This document shows, piece by piece, positions 59,069 through 64,000 of a stretch of 64,000 bases of DNA. How positions within the stretch are numbered: the stretch's first letter is position 1; the number at the start of each line of letters is the position of its first letter. The DNA comes from an uncultured Candidatus Poseidoniales archaeon (GTDB taxonomy: Archaea; Thermoplasmatota; Poseidoniia; Poseidoniales; Poseidoniaceae): contig CAJJAP010000004.1 in the NCBI GenBank assembly GCA_905182185.1, positions 72,178 to 136,177 of the forward strand, read 5' to 3'. Made by a program: the position numbers and the translations under genes. The notes under the pieces are model-generated. The model saw nothing but the letters and a program-made list of their open reading frames with translations, had not been told where the DNA came from and searched no databases.

Positions 59069-61723
59069 GATATGGCAACTGTTCAACACCCATTCCTAAA
59101 GGATGGCGTTGAGGCAAGAGCATACCAATTTAAGGCCCTGAAGCAATGTTTAACGGCATCCACGATGATGGTGATGCCTACCGGTTTTGGCAAAACCGCA
59201 GTAGAATGGATGGCGATGGCCAATTGTCTGCACAATGAAAAAGGCAAGGTATTACTTATCGCACCTACTACCGGATTGGTTGAACAACAACAGAGAATGG
59301 CTAGGGCTATGATCGATATTGATGAGAATGAGATAATCACCTACACAGGCGATAACACACCTGCTAACAGACCAGAGTTATGGGATACTGGTAAAATTAT
59401 TATCGCAACGCCCCAAGTAATTCGCAATGATGTCCAAAATGGACTTATTGATTTGGCCGACTTAGGTCTAATAATTTTTGATGAAGCACACCATGCAACG
59501 GGCAACCATGCTTATTCTCAAGTTGGACAGTTGATGTTTAGCGCTAATCCCAAATGTTCCGTTATCGGTGCAACTGCTAGCCCTGGTTCTACTGAAATTG
59601 GAATTAGACAAGTCGCTAAAAATTTGAATATCAAAACTTACTCCGTTAGTAAGAAGGAAAATTCTCTTTTGCAACCATATAAGGTCAACATGAAAATCAC
59701 CCCTCACTATCTGGAACTTGGAGATGAACTCAATAAGATCATCCTACCTTTAGAACTCCATCAAAACGCAGAAGCAGAACAATTGAGAAAAATGGGATTC
59801 TTAGCCCCTACTGGGCATTTATCTTCGAAATTGATAGAAGATGCACAACGTAAGGCAAGCATTGCGATTCAAAGAAGAGATACTAGAGGGTATAATGCTG
59901 CAAGGAAGATCTCTAATCTGCGTAGGGTTCACATCTTGCTGGACCTCCTTAGAACTCAAGGATTGAAATCTGCCCAGGCATTTGTCGATAGAGCAGAAGA
60001 AGATGGCAGAAGTGGGCAAAGGGGCACAAATAGTTTCATTGCATTACCTTGCATCCATAATTTTAGAAATGTTTCAAAGCAATTCGATGAATTACATCCA
60101 AAACCTCAACATGCAGCTAACCTATTATCACAGCAATTGAAAGATTCCCCCGAAAGTAAAGTCCTAATCTTTACCGAATACAGAGATACGGTCGAATTGT
60201 TAACAGCCAAGTTCAATTCTATAGAGGGAATCATTGCTGACCGTTTTATTGGTCAATCTGGAACTGGAAGCAGAAAGGGAATGAATCAGAAACAGCAATT
60301 AGCACAATTACAAAGATTCCGTGAAGGAGACATCAATGTCCTAATTGCCACCTCTGTCGGAGAGGAAGGATTAGATGTCCCTGCTGCCGATTTAGTAATA
60401 TTATATGAGCCCGTTCCAAGCGCTATTCGAACCATACAAAGAAGAGGAAGAACTGCCAGACAACGGGATGGAGAAGTCCATATTCTAATCACAAGCGATA
60501 CACGAGATGTGTTCGTCTACATGGCTTCAAAAAGTAGAGAGAAGAAAATGCACATCCACCTAGATAAGATAAAGCGTGGTATTATATCGATTTTAGATAA
60601 CCATACAACTGGTGATGTTCTATCCGACTTTTCTGTTGCTGAGGAGGATGGAAGTATAGTCACTGCTGCCGATTACCTCTCCTCTGAAAAAAATAGACTT
60701 GACGAACTATACCCTGTATTAGAAACAGTAGAGCCAGAGGTCAAGAAAGGTAGCGGTGGAGTAAATATTACGGCTGGTGACAGTATTCCGCTAATCACTC
60801 CAGCGATGCGAAGGCCAAGCAATCAAATGGGATTAGATTCATTCTCCAATCTCAGTGAAAAGAAAACTGAAACGACCAATGTTGAAAAGGAAATTATTCT
60901 CGATAGTAAACAATTGAACTCGAAATGGAAAGTGACCTTAGATGGCTCCAAACAACAACTCATCGAAAAGGATGATGCTGATTATGGAATTATACAAGTT
61001 GACCACCGCGAAGCATCTACTACATTTGTCGCCCATATGCGTAGTATGAAATGTAATATTCAACTTACTCATCTGTACAACGGAGATGTACGCATTTCAG
61101 ATAGAGTCTTGATCGAAAGAAAAAGTTCTCGAGATATTATCTCCTCGTTGATGGATGGAAGATTATTATCGCAGTGCAGAAGATTACTTGCTGCCGCACC
61201 CCGCCCCTTATTGCTAGTTGAAATCGGAACTGAAACTGGCCACGCAGTCCACCCAAATGCAGTTCTTGGTGCATTAGCACACATTACATTAGATTTAGGC
61301 GTGCCAGTAATGATGACACAAAATGCCAAGGAATCTGCTCACTTTGTTAGTATTGCAGCAAAGCGTGAATTTGATTTATTGGAAAAATTGGCAACTTATT
61401 CATTGAACAAGAAATCAAATGCTGATTCCGAGAAAGGAGAGATTGAAAATTGTATTAACGCTGCAAATAAAGAAATTATCTCCATTATCAATGAACAGGA
61501 AGAAAGTGGACCCTTGGCAAAGCGATGGAACAAACTAGTTTCTAAGCAAAGAGTCGAAGTTCTTGCTGCGATCCCAAATTTAGGAAATAAGAAGGCCCAA
61601 TTACTTCTCGACCATTTTGGTACGATAGCAGCTGTATTATGTGCTAGTCAGAGTGAGTTGGCCAAGGTTGAAGGAATTGGGCCATCCACGGCAGCAACTA
61701 TTGAACAAATACTCAATGCTTGA
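59069..61723 (+). CDS. hef: Hef: helicase-associated endonuclease for fork-structured DNA (SF2 helicase + ERCC4/XPF nuclease + HhH2)
   Basis: MPTGFGKT, FDEAHHATG, QRRGRTAR. ERKSSRDIISSLMDGRLLSQ nuclease motif. C-terminal tandem HhH. Confidence 0.9.
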   Translation, partial: DMATVQHPFLKDGVEARAYQFKALKQCLTASTMMVMPTGFGKTAVEWMAMANCLHNEKGKVLLIAPTTGLVEQQQRMARAMIDIDENEIITYTGDNTPANRPELWDTGKIIIATPQVIRNDVQNGLIDLADLGLIIFDEAHHATGNHAYSQVGQLMFSANPKCSVIGATASPGSTEIGIRQVAKNLNIKTYSVSKKENSLLQPYKVNMKITPHYLELGDELNKIILPLELHQNAEAEQLRKMGFLAPTGHLSSKLIEDAQRKASIAIQRRDTRGYNAARKISNLRRVHILLDLLRTQGLKSAQAFVDRAEEDGRSGQRGTNSFIALPCIHNFRNVSKQFDELHPKPQHAANLLSQQLKDSPESKVLIFTEYRDTVELLTAKFNSIEGIIADRFIGQSGTGSRKGMNQKQQLAQLQRFREGDINVLIATSVGEEGLDVPAADLVILYEPVPSAIRTIQRRGRTARQRDGEVHILITSDTRDVFVYMASKSREKKMHIHLDKIKRGIISILDNHTTGDVLSDFSVAEEDGSIVTAADYLSSEKNRLDELYPVLETVEPEVKKGSGGVNITAGDSIPLITPAMRRPSNQMGLDSFSNLSEKKTETTNVEKEIILDSKQLNSKWKVTLDGSKQQLIEKDDADYGIIQVDHREASTTFVAHMRSMKCNIQLTHLYNGDVRISDRVLIERKSSRDIISSLMDGRLLSQCRRLLAAAPRPLLLVEIGTETGHAVHPNAVLGALAHITLDLGVPVMMTQNAKESAHFVSIAAKREFDLLEKLATYSLNKKSNADSEKGEIENCINAANKEIISIINEQEESGPLAKRWNKLVSKQRVEVLAAIPNLGNKKAQLLLDHFGTIAAVLCASQSELAKVEGIGPSTAATIEQILNA

Positions 61724-61726
61724 GAT

Positions 61727-62584
61727 TCAACTTCCAATAATAAGCGCACGTGTTCTTAGTTGTGCAAACCTATCTGGATAGTGTCCTAAGGCGAATGCAA
61801 CTAATTCTGCAAGATGTAATACTGGCATTGCAGTATCCTTCCCAGTTAATTTACCAGCCCTTGATTGATAAGAATCAAGATTCGAATGAGAAATAGTGCA
61901 CGTACTTACCATGATATCTGCTCCACTCTGTTTTGCATCTGCAAGAACTGCTGCTGTCATGGCCATTGTTGTACCCTCTAGAGTAAGAAGTGAAGGTGCG
62001 CCAACACTTTGGCACTTGAGTTCGTAATCTACCGGAGTTCCTCCCATTGCATTGATTAACTGTTCTAAGTAATTAGGAAGGAAAGCATCGTCATCACCAC
62101 AAGCACCCTCTCTTTGCATATTAGAACCATAGTACCCTGCAACATTGAGTTTTATCGGATTGACTACAGCGGCACTAATTTTATCTAAACCAATGTCTTC
62201 AACCAAGTAGTGAAGAAGATGGCGAGATTTAGATTCCCCTGAATATTCGATTCCAGATGTCATAGAGATTAGATTATTCAATTGTGAAGCATATACTGGA
62301 TCGGAAGCAATGATCTCCGCAGTATCACACATTATTGCGTGAGATGTTGCACAGGTAGTCATGATATCGATACTTTTTTGTTCAGCAAGAGCAAGATTGC
62401 GAGCAACCAATGAATGCTGTAATTTCGGCGATGCTTGGCTGATGATATTGCCGCCATCACTCGATGACTTTGGAATTTCTATCAAATCAATTCCAAGTGT
62501 CTTACACAAAGGAATGATGCAATCCTCAACTTCCATAGAAGCTGCCCTTGCAGTATTGCCTGGATAATATGCTATTTTTGCCAT
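61727..62584 (-). CDS. HdrB/SdhE/GlpC-like double CCG-domain homolog with degenerate cysteine motifs
   Basis: The two-halves pattern KIAYYPGN...SSSDGGN...TTCATSH and VAGYYGSN...CQSVGAP...STCTISH parallels YFPGC...CCG...CxxC. Judged by eye only. Confidence 0.5.
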   Translation of the reverse strand: MAKIAYYPGNTARAASMEVEDCIIPLCKTLGIDLIEIPKSSSDGGNIISQASPKLQHSLVARNLALAEQKSIDIMTTCATSHAIMCDTAEIIASDPVYASQLNNLISMTSGIEYSGESKSRHLLHYLVEDIGLDKISAAVVNPIKLNVAGYYGSNMQREGACGDDDAFLPNYLEQLINAMGGTPVDYELKCQSVGAPSLLTLEGTTMAMTAAVLADAKQSGADIMVSTCTISHSNLDSYQSRAGKLTGKDTAMPVLHLAELVAFALGHYPDRFAQLRTRALIIGS

Positions 62585-62593
62585 ACCAATCAC

Positions 62594-64000
62594 TCAGAAC
62601 CTCTTGTCAATTTCATTGAATAGGCTGACAACTTCATGATGCGCATCAACCTTTGAATTGATCATGTTTGGTATCTTACCAATTCCTGATGGTGGCACTA
62701 ATAGTCCTTGAAAACCACGGATTGGTGGCCCTCCATTACGCGTGAATCCTAATAGCATGCGTGCAGAAATACCGTTGAAAATGTTGCCAATCAAGCCAAG
62801 TGGCCCAAGCACCTGACGGTATAGTGTAGTTTCATTGACATTACCTGTCCACTTAACACTGCGTCCATACCACTTTACTAAGCGACCATGTTTACCACCG
62901 TAATTACTTGAGTTGAGTAGATGTGCTCTTGCAGAGTTCAATCCTCTTGCTGCAAGTTTCCCATCTGTTCCATAGCGTGCGATTGAAGATAAATCTGCTT
63001 CCGCCCATACTCCGTCTGTTTCATTCAATGAAGAGAGAATGCTCTTTCTTTGCTCTACCCCACACCTTGGGTCTTCAGCACGTAGCCATTGCTGTAAATG
63101 AATGCCTGGTCCTTCGTATGCCTTGTCATAACTTGAAGTATCCGACATTGATTGAACTAATTGATAAGATAAAATATCACTCTTTTGATGCAACTCAGTA
63201 GCGAGTGATGCTTCCATTGTACCAACAGCAGCGCCGTTCAATAAACGAGACCCTTCTCTTGGGTCGGCTCTCATCCAAGGCTCTGCTCTTGCCCTTGCTG
63301 CCTCATATCCTGATAAATCAACAATTAAGTCACGGATAATAGGTAATCCTGGTGCTGGTTCAATCTTCAAATTACCTCTAGACCCAATTAAATCTGAGAC
63401 TCGTGTGATATCTGCAAGAACAATTCTTCCATTAACACGAACTCCAGTAGTTGGCGTACCGCCGTTTGTTCCTCTTCTGAATGCCAAACTACCATCAATA
63501 TCTTGCTGAATTGCAAGCAACAAATCTTCAACTGTTGCGTGAGCAGGTACAGCGCACGAGATTGTGTCCCAGCCTGATTGTGCTGCGCTAGGACAATACC
63601 TGAATAATTCAATGGTTACTGAAATTTCATCCATTACTACCGTACCAGGTGTGAAATCACCAGAGGATACTGAATCATCTTGGCCAGCACCATATGCAGT
63701 CATTTCCTCAACTAATGATTCGTGGAATACTCCGGCACTATCGACACAAGCGATGCGAGGTAACACAGTTTTGACCCATGCAGCCCAAGGTTCGTCAAAA
63801 TCAACATCACATAGTTGTATTTCCTGAATTGAAGTCGCCCCTAGTGCTGAAAACTTTTGATCCCAATCCACTCCGGCTTTACAAAATTCGTCATAAGAAG
63901 AGTCTCCAATCGCACAAACTGAATAATTAAGTCCTGCTAAAGTAGGAGATGAACTGTTTATTCCTTGCCAGAAATCTTCTGCATTATCTGGCATATCACC
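62594..64000 (-). CDS. Flavodoxin-like module fused to an SdhB/FrdB-like domain lacking all Fe-S cysteine ligands (5' end beyond window)
   Basis: Frame open to the window edge. GDSSYDEFC flavodoxin-type motif. SLAFRRGTNGGTPTTGVRVNGRIVLADIT and PGLPIIRDLIVDL align with SdhB [17 protein letters not shown]..LAC and PGLPVIRDLVVDM. Confidence 0.6.
   Translation of the reverse strand, partial: GDMPDNAEDFWQGINSSSPTLAGLNYSVCAIGDSSYDEFCKAGVDWDQKFSALGATSIQEIQLCDVDFDEPWAAWVKTVLPRIACVDSAGVFHESLVEEMTAYGAGQDDSVSSGDFTPGTVVMDEISVTIELFRYCPSAAQSGWDTISCAVPAHATVEDLLLAIQQDIDGSLAFRRGTNGGTPTTGVRVNGRIVLADITRVSDLIGSRGNLKIEPAPGLPIIRDLIVDLSGYEAARARAEPWMRADPREGSRLLNGAAVGTMEASLATELHQKSDILSYQLVQSMSDTSSYDKAYEGPGIHLQQWLRAEDPRCGVEQRKSILSSLNETDGVWAEADLSSIARYGTDGKLAARGLNSARAHLLNSSNYGGKHGRLVKWYGRSVKWTGNVNETTLYRQVLGPLGLIGNIFNGISARMLLGFTRNGGPPIRGFQGLLVPPSGIGKIPNMINSKVDAHHEVVSLFNEIDKRF

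Overview
This is an AT-rich archaeal chromosomal window, probably from a marine planktonic Thermoplasmata-like euryarchaeote (Marine Group II/III-like). That placement is inference from gene content and the 16S sequence; no search was run.

The right half (44.4-58.7 kb, minus strand) is the canonical archaeal ribosomal-protein superoperon: L3-L4-L23-L2-S19-L22-S3-L29-aIF1-Rpp29-S17-L14-L24-S4e-L5-S14-S8-L6-L32e-L19e-L18-S5-L30-L15-SecY. A solitary 16S rRNA gene follows at 42424..43889 (minus), with no linked tRNA or 23S. Almost every operon gene is preceded by a GAGGTGA Shine-Dalgarno that matches the 16S 3' tail. I used this to correct several start codons.

The rest is housekeeping:
- SelO, two identical tandem cold-shock genes, eukaryote-type class Ia RNR (R1/R2) and dUTPase
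- LipB, UbiX, FolB/FolP, PyrH, aRF1, ArgRS, NOG1-like GTPase and aIF2-beta
- class I LysRS, CarAB, Trm56, TraB, a DHH phosphoesterase and a BNR/sialidase-like lipoprotein
- thiolase, NAD kinase and Hef

I saw no CRISPR array, tRNA, transposase or integrase.

Most noteworthy:
1. At the right edge, an SdhB-like protein and an HdrB/CCG-like protein have both lost their Fe-S cysteine ligands. The SdhB-like one carries a flavodoxin-like N-terminal module.
2. Six interruptions in five conserved genes are all +1 shifts.
3. A 30-nt G-rich motif (26/30 identical) with an SD-like core lies upstream of both the 16S gene and the L3 operon.
4. SecY carries an N-terminal extension of about 135 aa with 4 TM helices.
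5. SAP domains are fused to L32e and to an M28 peptidase.
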